Shown one piece after another: positions 27,978 to 36,520 of a stretch of 64,000 nt of DNA. Both the position numbers and the translations under genes were made by a program. Positions within the stretch are counted from its first letter, which is position 1. Each line of letters begins with the position of its first letter. Where the stretch lies: IMG/VR virus record IMGVR_UViG_3300049216_000317, positions 20,961-84,960 of that record. The stretch is one strand, 5' to 3'. The stretch comes from a virus. Taxonomy: Duplodnaviria; Heunggongvirae; Uroviricota; Caudoviricetes. Under the pieces are notes generated by a model. The model was not told where the DNA came from. It worked only from the letters and a program-made list of their open reading frames with translations, and did not search any database.

Positions 27978-29480
27978 CAGTTAACTATCGAAAGTCCGAG
28001 TCGGGCTTATTTGAGCGAATTTAGTTCAGCGGAGATCTTGGATCTTCGGCGTGAGCTTTCGTATGTAAAAGAATCGGTACGGCATCAGCTGAAACGAACG
28101 CAGCAAAATCACTGGTTCAGATCTCAAAACCCAGAAGGCTGGCAGAAAACCTGCGACGAACTGAAGTCGCAAATCAATCAGGTCGCAATGTGGACCGATA
28201 ACGGACGTCCTTATATTCGACCAGGCTCAATACCTTTCATCGAAGGTAAGGAATGGAATATCCAGTCCAAGGTCCAGTACCCAAAGTTTAAGAAAATTCC
28301 TTGGGCCAAACCATTGCCGTTCCAACTTCACCCTTACCAAGAGGAAAGCTGGGATGCTTTGCTGGCTCATCGTCATGCGAACGTTGCGCTCTGCACAGGT
28401 TCTGGCAAAAGCCCCATCATCTTGAAGGTTTGTCGCGAAGCGGGATTGTCGGCAGCGATTATTGCGCCTTCAAAATCTATTTTCTATGAACTCAAGGAAA
28501 AGTTCGAATATCACTTTGGCAAACAATACGTCGGAGCCTTTGGCGACAGCAAAAAGGTACTTGGTAAGCGGTTTACGATTTGCATTTCCGATTCGCTTTG
28601 TAACCTGAAGCCGGGAACCAAAGAGTACGACTTCTTTTCCAAACTAGACATGATGCTCGTTGACGAGTCTCATACGTTCGCTGCCGAAACCCTTGAGGAA
28701 GTCTGTCACGGTGTCTTAAAAGACGTTCCCTATCGATTCTTCTTTAGCGCAACGCAAACGCGGGGCGACGGAACAGAGAAGCTACTCCAGAGCATCATTG
28801 GCGAGACTGTCTGCGAACTTTCAACAGGTGAAGCGGTTGAAAAAGGCTACATTGCGGATCATGAATTCCGGGTTGTAGCCGTGCGATCTACAAATCTCAA
28901 CTATTCCGGCGCTGATCCATTAGAGGAAAAACGAGTTCATTTCCTTCGCAACCAGAATATCGCTAATTTCATAGCTAAATTTGCCAATGCTGACGCTACG
29001 ATCAATGGAAAGCAAACATTGGTTTTAGTTGAAGAAATGAGCCAAGTCGCAGCCCTTGCGAAGCTCTTAACGGTGCCATTTGCTTATGCTCATTCAGAAA
29101 AGAACAAAGATCGTCTCGAAGAATTGGGACTTCAAAAAGTTGATCCGGCTGAAACAGTAGAAAAGTTTAACAAGAACGAGGCCAAGGTCCTGATAGGCAC
29201 TTCTTGCGTGTCGACAGGAACCAATATTTTTCCGACCCACAATGTATTCAATTGGGTTGGCGGATCTTCAGAAATTAAGACGAAACAGGGAGCCGTCGGA
29301 CGTGCTGTTCGAAAGCATGAGGCCAATCCATGGAAAGAGCTCTGCGTCTACAAGGATAAGGCGATCATTTTTGATTTCGATATTGTCGACGTTCCCAAAA
29401 TGGCGATTTCGCTCGAAAAACGGCTTGATTGCTACAAAGAATCCAACCGCCCAATTAAATACATAAGGACAGCACCATGA
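27978..29480 (+). CDS. superfamily-2 DNA/RNA helicase (UvsW-like)
   Basis: Walker A ALCTGSGKSP, DExH box MLVDESHTF, motif VI QGAVGRAVRK; start taken at first in-frame ATG 27978 (track TTG 27858). Confidence 0.75.
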   Translation, partial: QLTIESPSRAYLSEFSSAEILDLRRELSYVKESVRHQLKRTQQNHWFRSQNPEGWQKTCDELKSQINQVAMWTDNGRPYIRPGSIPFIEGKEWNIQSKVQYPKFKKIPWAKPLPFQLHPYQEESWDALLAHRHANVALCTGSGKSPIILKVCREAGLSAAIIAPSKSIFYELKEKFEYHFGKQYVGAFGDSKKVLGKRFTICISDSLCNLKPGTKEYDFFSKLDMMLVDESHTFAAETLEEVCHGVLKDVPYRFFFSATQTRGDGTEKLLQSIIGETVCELSTGEAVEKGYIADHEFRVVAVRSTNLNYSGADPLEEKRVHFLRNQNIANFIAKFANADATINGKQTLVLVEEMSQVAALAKLLTVPFAYAHSEKNKDRLEELGLQKVDPAETVEKFNKNEAKVLIGTSCVSTGTNIFPTHNVFNWVGGSSEIKTKQGAVGRAVRKHEANPWKELCVYKDKAIIFDFDIVDVPKMAISLEKRLDCYKESNRPIKYIRTAP

Positions 29481-30103
29481 AACAACCAAAGATGACTCGA
29501 TATTTTCTACTCCTGATGTTTGTCGTGTTGTCATACTCTTTCGTCTTTACGTCACTAGAAGTAAATGCGCCGGATTTTAAAAACGTAGATACGATGGTCC
29601 GCGCGGCATCCGATGAACTCTTTGATTTTGCAGAACAATATTTAAACGCTCACCCCGATGAGTTTCCAAACAAAGCCTATATCACGGTCGTTGATTATTC
29701 TTTGCCATCAAGTCAGCCCAGAATGTACGTCAAAAATCGTACAAGCGGAGTGATTCGGGCAATTCACGTTGCTCACGGAGCCGGGTCTGATCCTGAAAAT
29801 ACCGGAACCCCGATTCGTTTTAGCGATGCCAACGGTACTCACGAATCATCACTTGGCTTTTACCGCGTCAGCGAAACCTTTTCTGGAACTCACGGAATCG
29901 AGATCGCTTTAGATGGACTTTCGCCTACAAATTTGCATGCGCGGGAACGTGCGATCTTGATTCATTCGGCAAATTACGTTTACGATACTAACCTAAAAGC
30001 GGGAATGAGTTGGGGCTGTTTTGCTATTAGCCAGGCCAACCATGACTGGGTTATTTCTGCTTTAAAGGGCGGAAGTCTCATGTATGTCGGGCAGGGCAAA
30101 TGA
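29477..30103 (+). CDS. secreted YkuD-like L,D-transpeptidase-fold protein
   Basis: Signal peptide MKQPKMTRYFLLLMFVVLSYSFVFTSLEVNA; catalytic-like HSANYVYDTNLKAGMSWGCFAIS (His..19 aa..Cys as in YkuD). Confidence 0.5.
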   Translation: MKQPKMTRYFLLLMFVVLSYSFVFTSLEVNAPDFKNVDTMVRAASDELFDFAEQYLNAHPDEFPNKAYITVVDYSLPSSQPRMYVKNRTSGVIRAIHVAHGAGSDPENTGTPIRFSDANGTHESSLGFYRVSETFSGTHGIEIALDGLSPTNLHARERAILIHSANYVYDTNLKAGMSWGCFAISQANHDWVISALKGGSLMYVGQGK

Positions 30104-30315
30104 ACAGACAATATGCAAATCTTTTGATTCTTGCTCGTATCAAGGCAGAAATCGAAGCCTATCCAGATATGCGTTTTGGCCAAATCTTGCGAAACCTCGG
30201 CGTCGTGGATGCGAAATTTGTAGATGGCGAAGCAAAGTGGACGAACACCTTCCATGAAGAGCCGTCGGTAACCCTTGACCGCATGCAAAAAGTGGCCGCG
30301 CTGATCGCGGGTTGA
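30100..30315 (+). CDS. hypothetical protein
   Basis: 71 aa, ATGA overlap. Confidence 0.35.
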   Translation: MNRQYANLLILARIKAEIEAYPDMRFGQILRNLGVVDAKFVDGEAKWTNTFHEEPSVTLDRMQKVAALIAG

Positions 30316-30327
30316 AAGGATTGAATT

Positions 30328-31008
30328 ATGCAAGAAATGCTAATCGTCGGTGATATTGCCGGAGAATACGACGCTTTAATTCGACTCGTTGCCAGAGTTC
30401 CGGAGACGACTTTCGTTTTGGCTGTGGGCGACTTGGTTGATCGGGGTCCTCAGTCGAAAGAAGTCGTTCAGTGGTTTATGGAAAACCAGCATCGCGCAGA
30501 CTGCCTGATGGGTAATCATGAGCATATGATGATAGATTTTTTGGATGATCGGGGGATTTACTACTCGGGCGTCTGGCATGGGAATGGGGGCGTCGCTACC
30601 ATGCAATCCTATGATCCTAAAAATCGCCTCTACGTTCCGAGTTCTCACCTAAACTTCCTTGCGGGTCGAGCGAAATACAAGATCATCCCCGGCGAAGGCG
30701 ACATCCCTCAGCTATTCGTTTCTCATGCGGCATTGAATCCGACCCTTACTTTAAATAAAGTTTGCGACGAGATGACAATGGACGACATTCATTTTGACGA
30801 CTCAATCATGTGGAACCGTGGCGCGCCTAAAAAGCGGGAGGGCGTATTTCAGGTCATGGGCCATAATTCGCACTGGGGCGTAACAAAGTTTGAAGATTGG
30901 GCAATTTGCATCGACGGAAGCCGCAGCAAATGCCTCACGGGATTCAAGTGGCCGTCACGAGAAATCATTCAGGAGCCGTATGAACGACCAGTACCAGCCT
31001 CGGAATGA
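30328..31008 (+). CDS. Ser/Thr protein phosphatase (lambda PPase-like metallophosphoesterase)
   Basis: VGDIAGEYD, GDLVDRGPQS, GNHEHMMIDFL closely match lambda phosphatase GDLHG / GDLVDRG / GNHEQMMIDGL. Confidence 0.85.
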   Translation: MQEMLIVGDIAGEYDALIRLVARVPETTFVLAVGDLVDRGPQSKEVVQWFMENQHRADCLMGNHEHMMIDFLDDRGIYYSGVWHGNGGVATMQSYDPKNRLYVPSSHLNFLAGRAKYKIIPGEGDIPQLFVSHAALNPTLTLNKVCDEMTMDDIHFDDSIMWNRGAPKKREGVFQVMGHNSHWGVTKFEDWAICIDGSRSKCLTGFKWPSREIIQEPYERPVPASE

Positions 31009-31198
31009 GTTCGAAGTAGAGGTTATGAAGATGTGGGAGTCCTGGGATTCACTGTTTCTGATGGATAGTGGCGCCGAATGGATTGATGAAGATATTGAGC
31101 GACGCGGCCATGAAATCCTGGACTTCCTAAAGGTTTACGACGACGAAGTTTCATTTGAATGCAAGGTCTGGGTCCGCAAACGAATTCTTTCCGACTAA
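30980..31198 (+). CDS. hypothetical small acidic protein
   Basis: Track ORF 30890..31198 trimmed to ATG 30980 (RBS AGGAG). Confidence 0.3.
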   Translation: MNDQYQPRNEFEVEVMKMWESWDSLFLMDSGAEWIDEDIERRGHEILDFLKVYDDEVSFECKVWVRKRILSD

Positions 31199-31244
31199 TA
31201 TTTAATACCTGGCCCTTTTGGGTGTGCCTGGAGAAAGCTAAAAT

Positions 31245-31544
31245 ATGAACAAATTTGGTTATTTGAATTGGCGAGGGTTTTGTTTTTCTAATAACTATAT
31301 CTCAGTTGCGGGTGGCTGGCGTACCCCTCTCGAAGTCTCCGTGCGCCTTTTTGGGCTAAGCAATCATCTCGCGCTAGTGCAGCACATTGACGATTTTCAG
31401 TTTGGTCTTTCAGTTAAGCTGAAAAAGAAAGGCTCCAAAGCTTTTGTTTGGAGCAAAGCTTGTCAAGAGACAACTCTCGCAATCGACTTAAAGCTCGGTC
31501 CTTTCGGGTTGTACTATTTTGGTGCCCCCCACGAATGGTTTTAG
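31245..31544 (+). CDS. hypothetical protein
   Basis: 99 aa, RBS GGAGAAAG. Confidence 0.4.
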   Translation: MNKFGYLNWRGFCFSNNYISVAGGWRTPLEVSVRLFGLSNHLALVQHIDDFQFGLSVKLKKKGSKAFVWSKACQETTLAIDLKLGPFGLYYFGAPHEWF

Positions 31545-31553
31545 GACTAATAT

Positions 31554-31566
31554 CTATTTTCAACTT
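31554..31566 (+). promoter_or_regulatory. CTATTTTCAACTT motif (second copy) upstream of SPFH gene
   Basis: Identical 13-mer at 5948-5960; followed by TTGCAA. Confidence 0.35.
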
Positions 31567-31615
31567 GCAAAATAGTTACTAGCAATTTAACTTTTCTTAT
31601 TCCATTGGAGGGAAA

Positions 31616-32422
31616 ATGAAATTTGCTATTTTGGTTGCCATGTTTGCTGCATCGATTACTGTTGGTTGTACTCGCGTTGATCAGGGAGAATTCGGTATTG
31701 TAAAGCACTTCGGCGGATCGGTTGACGATGCTCCGGCAGGAGCAGGATACAATATGACGCTCTTCTCATCGATTGAAACGATTGATGCCACAGAAATTCG
31801 CGTTCCAATGAAAGATTTGACGCCCAAAGACAAAGACGGCGTTCTTTTCACGCTCGACATGACTGTTACCTACAAAATCAATCCTGAAAAGGCCGTTGGT
31901 TTTTACAAACAGACTCATGAAGTCGACAAAATCGTAGAAAACAACATTGCGAACAATGTGCTCGGGTATCGCGTCCTTGAAGACGTTGTCGCGAACTCTT
32001 CGACGAAAGCCTTCAATGACTTTACCGTTGCCGAGATTGGGCCGCGGCGTAGTGACATCGAGCAAAAGATGAAAGAAATCATCCAAGCCAAGATCGACGC
32101 TCGCTATGCAGACGCATTTCAAATCGTAAACGTGAACATCAATCGCACAAAACTGGGCGATTCGGTGGAACAAGTTCTTCAAAGCCAAGCGATTGCCAAG
32201 TCTCAGCGCACTTTGCTGGACCTTCAACAGCAATTGGCCGAAAAAGAGACTGATCTTTTGAACAAAAAGTTTGAAGGAATGAAGCGCATTTCAAATACTT
32301 ACGGCATTCCAGTTGAGCGTGTCATGAATTATAAAGTTCAAGAGCAATATAATGGCGTTCTTTCTGAAATTGCTAAAAACCACCAGGGCACGACCTTGGT
32401 CAATGTAAATCAGAAAGAATAG
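31616..32422 (+). CDS. SPFH/band-7 (prohibitin/HflC-like) lipoprotein
   Basis: Signal peptide plus lipobox MKFAILVAMFAASITVGC; VDQGEFGIVKHFG SPFH signature; coiled-coil C-terminus. Confidence 0.7.
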   Translation: MKFAILVAMFAASITVGCTRVDQGEFGIVKHFGGSVDDAPAGAGYNMTLFSSIETIDATEIRVPMKDLTPKDKDGVLFTLDMTVTYKINPEKAVGFYKQTHEVDKIVENNIANNVLGYRVLEDVVANSSTKAFNDFTVAEIGPRRSDIEQKMKEIIQAKIDARYADAFQIVNVNINRTKLGDSVEQVLQSQAIAKSQRTLLDLQQQLAEKETDLLNKKFEGMKRISNTYGIPVERVMNYKVQEQYNGVLSEIAKNHQGTTLVNVNQKE

Positions 32423-32426
32423 TTTG

Positions 32427-32849
32427 ATGCTGTTCCCGAGAAACAAAAGAATTGGATTCATTGCCAGTTCTTTCGACCTAGGCCCGCATGCGGGCCACGT
32501 CGCCACCCTCGCTGAGGCAAAAGAGCATTGCGAATATCTGGTGGTCGCTTTGCATGTCAATCCGCAATCGGAACGGGACTTTAAAAACAAGCCCCTTCCG
32601 TCTGTGAGCGAACGCTTTCTGATTTTGATGGCCAATAAGTTCGTTGATCAGATCATTCCTTATGAGACCGAGCAGGAGCTTATTAACTTGCTCCACTTCG
32701 TCCAGCCCCAGGTCCGATTCCTAGGTGAGGACTATATGCATAAGGATTTTACCGGAAAAGGTATTTCTGGCATCGACATTATCTTTTGCCACAGGAAGCA
32801 TGATGTTTCCAGCAGTGGTTTGCGTAAAAAGATCCGTGGAGAAGCATGA
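32427..32849 (+). CDS. cytidylyltransferase-fold nucleotidyltransferase; candidate NMN adenylyltransferase (NadM-like) or TagD/RfaE-II-like
   Basis: SSFDLGPHAGH (HxGH) and C-terminal DVSSSGLRKKI (ISSTxIR-like) motifs; 141 aa. Confidence 0.5.
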   Translation: MLFPRNKRIGFIASSFDLGPHAGHVATLAEAKEHCEYLVVALHVNPQSERDFKNKPLPSVSERFLILMANKFVDQIIPYETEQELINLLHFVQPQVRFLGEDYMHKDFTGKGISGIDIIFCHRKHDVSSSGLRKKIRGEA

Positions 32850-33160
32850 CTAGACAAGAGGTCCGTAAATTCTTGATCGATTTTAAGTATGACAAGCACG
32901 AATTTAAAGTTCGGTTCTTGCCAAATGGAATCGCTAGAATTACGGGAACTGCTTGGCTTAAGTGCGCCGATACTGGGAAAAAGGTCCAGTTCTCCGACTC
33001 CCGCGATATGAACTATGCCAGTTTCAGTGAATTTGAACTCTTAAATTACATGCGAAACTGGCTTCTCAATATGGCCATTCACGAAAACGACGAAAAAATT
33101 CGATATAAAGGCAAAAAACTCTACGATCCGCACAAGGTCTGGAGCCATCTGTTTTACTGA
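32846..33160 (+). CDS. hypothetical protein
   Basis: 104 aa. Confidence 0.4.
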   Translation: MTRQEVRKFLIDFKYDKHEFKVRFLPNGIARITGTAWLKCADTGKKVQFSDSRDMNYASFSEFELLNYMRNWLLNMAIHENDEKIRYKGKKLYDPHKVWSHLFY

Positions 33161-33166
33161 AATTAG

Positions 33167-33190
33167 CCTATTAGCGCTACATGATATAGC
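33167..33190 (+). promoter_or_regulatory. CCTATTAGCGC motif plus TGATATAGC -10-like element; possible leaderless start of sigma-like gene
   Basis: Motif 33167-33177; TATAGC 33185-33190 ends 7 nt before ATG 33197, and no RBS is present. Confidence 0.35.
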
Positions 33191-33196
33191 GTTAGT

Positions 33197-34243
33197 ATGG
33201 CTAGAAGATCAAGCGGCTTAAAGGTCCATGAGCAGTATGATGCGAGCTTCCAACGGCTTGCAGCTGAACTCACGGCCCAACTAGAACGCAACGAAAATGG
33301 TACAGATCAAAAGCAGCAGTTTGAAGAACTGACTTCGGCGGAATTTGAATTCCGGAAAGCTGTTTGCAAATACCCCAAGCTATCGACTGATGTTTATATT
33401 CGTTTTTTACAGAAAATTACCGTAGAAAACCGAAATATTCTCAGTGCCCGACCCTATTTCCGCGAAACAGCGAAGAATTTCAGCAAGAACGTAACGCCAG
33501 CGATTAAAGCTCGCGACGCCGAAACTTTGAAGACCTTTGATATTAACTTTCAGTTAATCGAGTTCATTCGAGATCACTGGAAGGGCAAATTCCCGGCTGC
33601 GGCTGAAGTCCAGTATCAGCGCGTTTTCAAAGCAAGGAACCTGCTTTGCGAGAACAACATGCCGTTGGCAATTAACCGGGCAAAGCTCTTCTACAAGAAA
33701 ACGCCAAAAGGTCCTCTTTCATTGATGGATATGATCAACATCGCCTCGACTGGACTTGCGTCTGGCGTTGATAAGTATTGTGGAAAGTATTCCCGCATGC
33801 TCAACGGTGTAATCATTGGCCGTATCGTCGGGAATCTCATTGACGAATATTCTGCAACCACACTGCACTTCTACCCTTCGGATCGTCGTATTTTGTATAA
33901 GGCTAATAGCTTACGCGCAAAATTGAAAATTGACGATGTCGAGAAACTCGCCGATGCTGTTAATAAGAGCTTCAGGGAGGATGCGTTGGAAGGTAAAAGT
34001 GTACCCAAGATAGAAGTGACGGCTGCGCAGTTATCAAACCTGCTAAATGCCGCAACGACAGTGAGTTCGGATCAGATCGTGGACGAGGACGGAGTCGGCG
34101 TTTACGATTTCACCCCGTCTTCTTCGCCAAATGCAGAAGATACGCTCATTGAGCGTGAAACGACGGAACAGCTGTTCAATGCAATCGATCGCTTGCCGCT
34201 TCTTCATCGTAAAATTTTGCAGCTTAAGGGAGTAAAACTCTAA
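33197..34243 (+). CDS. sigma-70 family-like transcription factor (regions 2 and 4.1-like, no region 4.2 HTH)
   Basis: ARNLLCENNMPLAINRAKLFYKK..LSLMDMINIASTGLASGVDKYCGKYSRMLNGVIIGRIVG aligns with sigma region 2.1-2.4; C-term LPLLHRKILQLKG like 4.1, then stop. Confidence 0.5.
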   Translation: MARRSSGLKVHEQYDASFQRLAAELTAQLERNENGTDQKQQFEELTSAEFEFRKAVCKYPKLSTDVYIRFLQKITVENRNILSARPYFRETAKNFSKNVTPAIKARDAETLKTFDINFQLIEFIRDHWKGKFPAAAEVQYQRVFKARNLLCENNMPLAINRAKLFYKKTPKGPLSLMDMINIASTGLASGVDKYCGKYSRMLNGVIIGRIVGNLIDEYSATTLHFYPSDRRILYKANSLRAKLKIDDVEKLADAVNKSFREDALEGKSVPKIEVTAAQLSNLLNAATTVSSDQIVDEDGVGVYDFTPSSSPNAEDTLIERETTEQLFNAIDRLPLLHRKILQLKGVKL

Positions 34244-34554
34244 TGTTCTCAGTCAATAATCGCCTAATTTTAGAGAAATATACTAAAGAGGGTCTTCGCA
34301 AGGACGATTCCAAGACTGGTTTTGCGATGATCGCCCAGAAGACCCGACTTAAAGGGCTGCGTCTTCTCGTGGATGCCAAAATCGTTGATGGCACAAAAGA
34401 CGGATACGTCATTGGCAAAGGCTCGATCATTTACATCAAAGAAGAAACGCTTCATACGGCTCCTTGGGCCGCAAAGTTTTTAGAATGCGATAAGATTGGC
34501 GAACCATTCATGATCGTCGATTCAGCACATATTGAGTTTGTTGCCGATGAATAA
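34243..34554 (+). CDS. hypothetical protein (TAATG-coupled to sigma-like gene)
   Basis: 103 aa. Confidence 0.4.
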   Translation: MFSVNNRLILEKYTKEGLRKDDSKTGFAMIAQKTRLKGLRLLVDAKIVDGTKDGYVIGKGSIIYIKEETLHTAPWAAKFLECDKIGEPFMIVDSAHIEFVADE

Positions 34555-35521
34555 GCAATTTCTTTACGTGGGAGATCCCCATATTCAGATTCAGAACCTT
34601 GAGGATGCCGAAAAGCTCTTGTCGCATATTTACGACATGGTATCGGGCTCTACACCGCCAGATCGAGTCGTTTTTCTAGGAGATTTGCTTCACACGCACG
34701 CAATTGTGCGAGTGGAGGTCTTGGAATTCTGGCGCAGATGGCTTTTTCAGATTAGCAGCTTTGTTCCGGTGACGATTCTCGTGGGAAACCACGACATGAC
34801 TGGCGACTATAGTTCGAAGGCCACGGCGCTATCGCTGTTTGCAAGCGGGCGGGTCACGGTTGTGGACGAACCTCTTGCCGAAGGTGCGATTGGCTTTTTG
34901 CCTTACATCCATTCGCAAGAAGAGTTCATTGATTCCGCCAACGGACTGGTAAGCCGTGGTGTACGGACTATCGTCTGTCATCAAAGCTTCTCAGGCTCCA
35001 AATTCGAAAACGGATATTTTGATCCTCATGGAATCAATCCTGATTTGCTGACGGCGACTCTTATCATTTCTGGGCATATTCACATGCAACAGAAATTCGG
35101 GAAGGTCTGGCATCCAGGTACGCCGATGTGGCTAACTGCTTCGGATGCAAATCAAGAGAAGGGGCTTTGGCTTGTTGATCATTCTCCTGACGGTGACATT
35201 GCTGGTCTTTCGTTTATTGATACATCAAAGATCGTTACTCCGATTGTTTCCGTCCAGTGGAAGCAAGGGGAACCTAAGCCCTCGCTGCCAGAAAATGCGA
35301 AAGCGACAGTCGAACTCATCGGCTGTGCAGAATGGGTAAGCGCTAATAAAAGCGAACTTAAAGGCATCTCGGTTCAGTCGACTTTTACCGATAAGGCAAA
35401 AATTCGAATGACGAAGACCACTTCGTTTGAAGAGTTTGTCGACTCCGAATTTGAGCTTCCGCCTGAAATTGAGAAAACAGAATTCAAAGATTTTCTCAAG
35501 GAGATGGGCCTTGTCGGATAA
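34547..35521 (+). CDS. SbcD/Mre11-family nuclease
   Basis: YVGDPHI, FLGDLLH, GNHD metallophosphoesterase motifs; ATG 34547 overlapping upstream stop. Confidence 0.7.
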   Translation: MNKQFLYVGDPHIQIQNLEDAEKLLSHIYDMVSGSTPPDRVVFLGDLLHTHAIVRVEVLEFWRRWLFQISSFVPVTILVGNHDMTGDYSSKATALSLFASGRVTVVDEPLAEGAIGFLPYIHSQEEFIDSANGLVSRGVRTIVCHQSFSGSKFENGYFDPHGINPDLLTATLIISGHIHMQQKFGKVWHPGTPMWLTASDANQEKGLWLVDHSPDGDIAGLSFIDTSKIVTPIVSVQWKQGEPKPSLPENAKATVELIGCAEWVSANKSELKGISVQSTFTDKAKIRMTKTTSFEEFVDSEFELPPEIEKTEFKDFLKEMGLVG

Positions 35522-35522
35522 A

Positions 35523-35855
35523 GTGAAAGAAACCGTAAGAGAAATGGCGGCATTGACAATTTTGAGCGGGAAAATCAATCCCGTTCAGGTCAATACGATC
35601 CAAATGTATCCAATGATCATGTTTGATGGCGTGAAAAAGGCCACCATTCATTACGATCTTTCACGTCCAGAGCCTTCAGAAGAAAAAGTTAAACACAACT
35701 CGCTTATCGTTTTTGATCTAGAAACTGAGCAAGAGCAAACCAAGCTCGAAAAGCGCTGCGCTTATCTTGAGATCGCCGTTCGGGAGCTTTTCTGGAAAGA
35801 AGTGCTCATCGAAGTCCTTTTCAACGGCAAAAGCGTTTACAAGTCGGAATCCTAA
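35523..35855 (+). CDS. hypothetical protein
   Basis: Track ORF 35427..35855 trimmed to GTG 35523 (alternative ATG 35544). Confidence 0.35.
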   Translation: MKETVREMAALTILSGKINPVQVNTIQMYPMIMFDGVKKATIHYDLSRPEPSEEKVKHNSLIVFDLETEQEQTKLEKRCAYLEIAVRELFWKEVLIEVLFNGKSVYKSES

Positions 35856-36520
35856 TGTCGGAAAATACAAACCTTCAAAAAGTCGTAACTGACGTCTCCA
35901 AGCGAACTGAATTTACTGAAAAGGACCTTGAAGACCTTGAGCAGTATAAGGCCGAAGGGGCTCCGGGAATCCATGCGATTCCCCACGAAGTTTTAACCAA
36001 GTGCATGGAACTCTATTTAGAGGGTCGCTCCTTTAGGGAAATTTCGGTTACGCTTCTTTTAAAGCGCATCCAGATCATGTATTTGGCGCAGCGGTTTAAT
36101 TGGTGGGACATTCGCCAAAACTATATTGAAGAACTGCAAAACCAAATTGCCCAACGAGTGGTCGATTCAAAACTGTCTTCCCAGACGTTTATGCTGAAAC
36201 TCATCCATAACTGGGAACGGCGCATGAGTAAAAAAATCGACGAATATCAGCGAACAAACGTAGAGCCTGAAGGCGGCGTGGTAGATTTCAAAGAGGTCGA
36301 TAAGTACCTAAAAACCGTCGAAGTTTTGCATAAAATCACAGCTGAAAACACCGGACGCTTGAACGTTCCCGCTTCTCCAATCGGTTTGAACGTGGGCGAC
36401 GGCATTACCATCGAAAAGAACGGTAACCAGCTAAACATTTCACCGAAAACTAAAGAACGCTCTGTTGCCGAGATGCTCAAGGCCATTGCGGACGCAAAAC
36501 GCCAAGAAAATGGAGAATAA
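35855..36520 (+). CDS. hypothetical protein with possible HTH
   Basis: 221 aa; LYLEGRSFREISVTL segment HTH-like. Confidence 0.4.
   Translation: MSENTNLQKVVTDVSKRTEFTEKDLEDLEQYKAEGAPGIHAIPHEVLTKCMELYLEGRSFREISVTLLLKRIQIMYLAQRFNWWDIRQNYIEELQNQIAQRVVDSKLSSQTFMLKLIHNWERRMSKKIDEYQRTNVEPEGGVVDFKEVDKYLKTVEVLHKITAENTGRLNVPASPIGLNVGDGITIEKNGNQLNISPKTKERSVAEMLKAIADAKRQENGE

Noticed and set aside
34224-34260. Possible frameshift joining the sigma-like gene to the downstream ORF to restore region 4.2
   Set aside because: All three frames were checked around the stop and none continues. The downstream ORF does not resemble a sigma region 4.2 HTH, so the genes are treated as separate.
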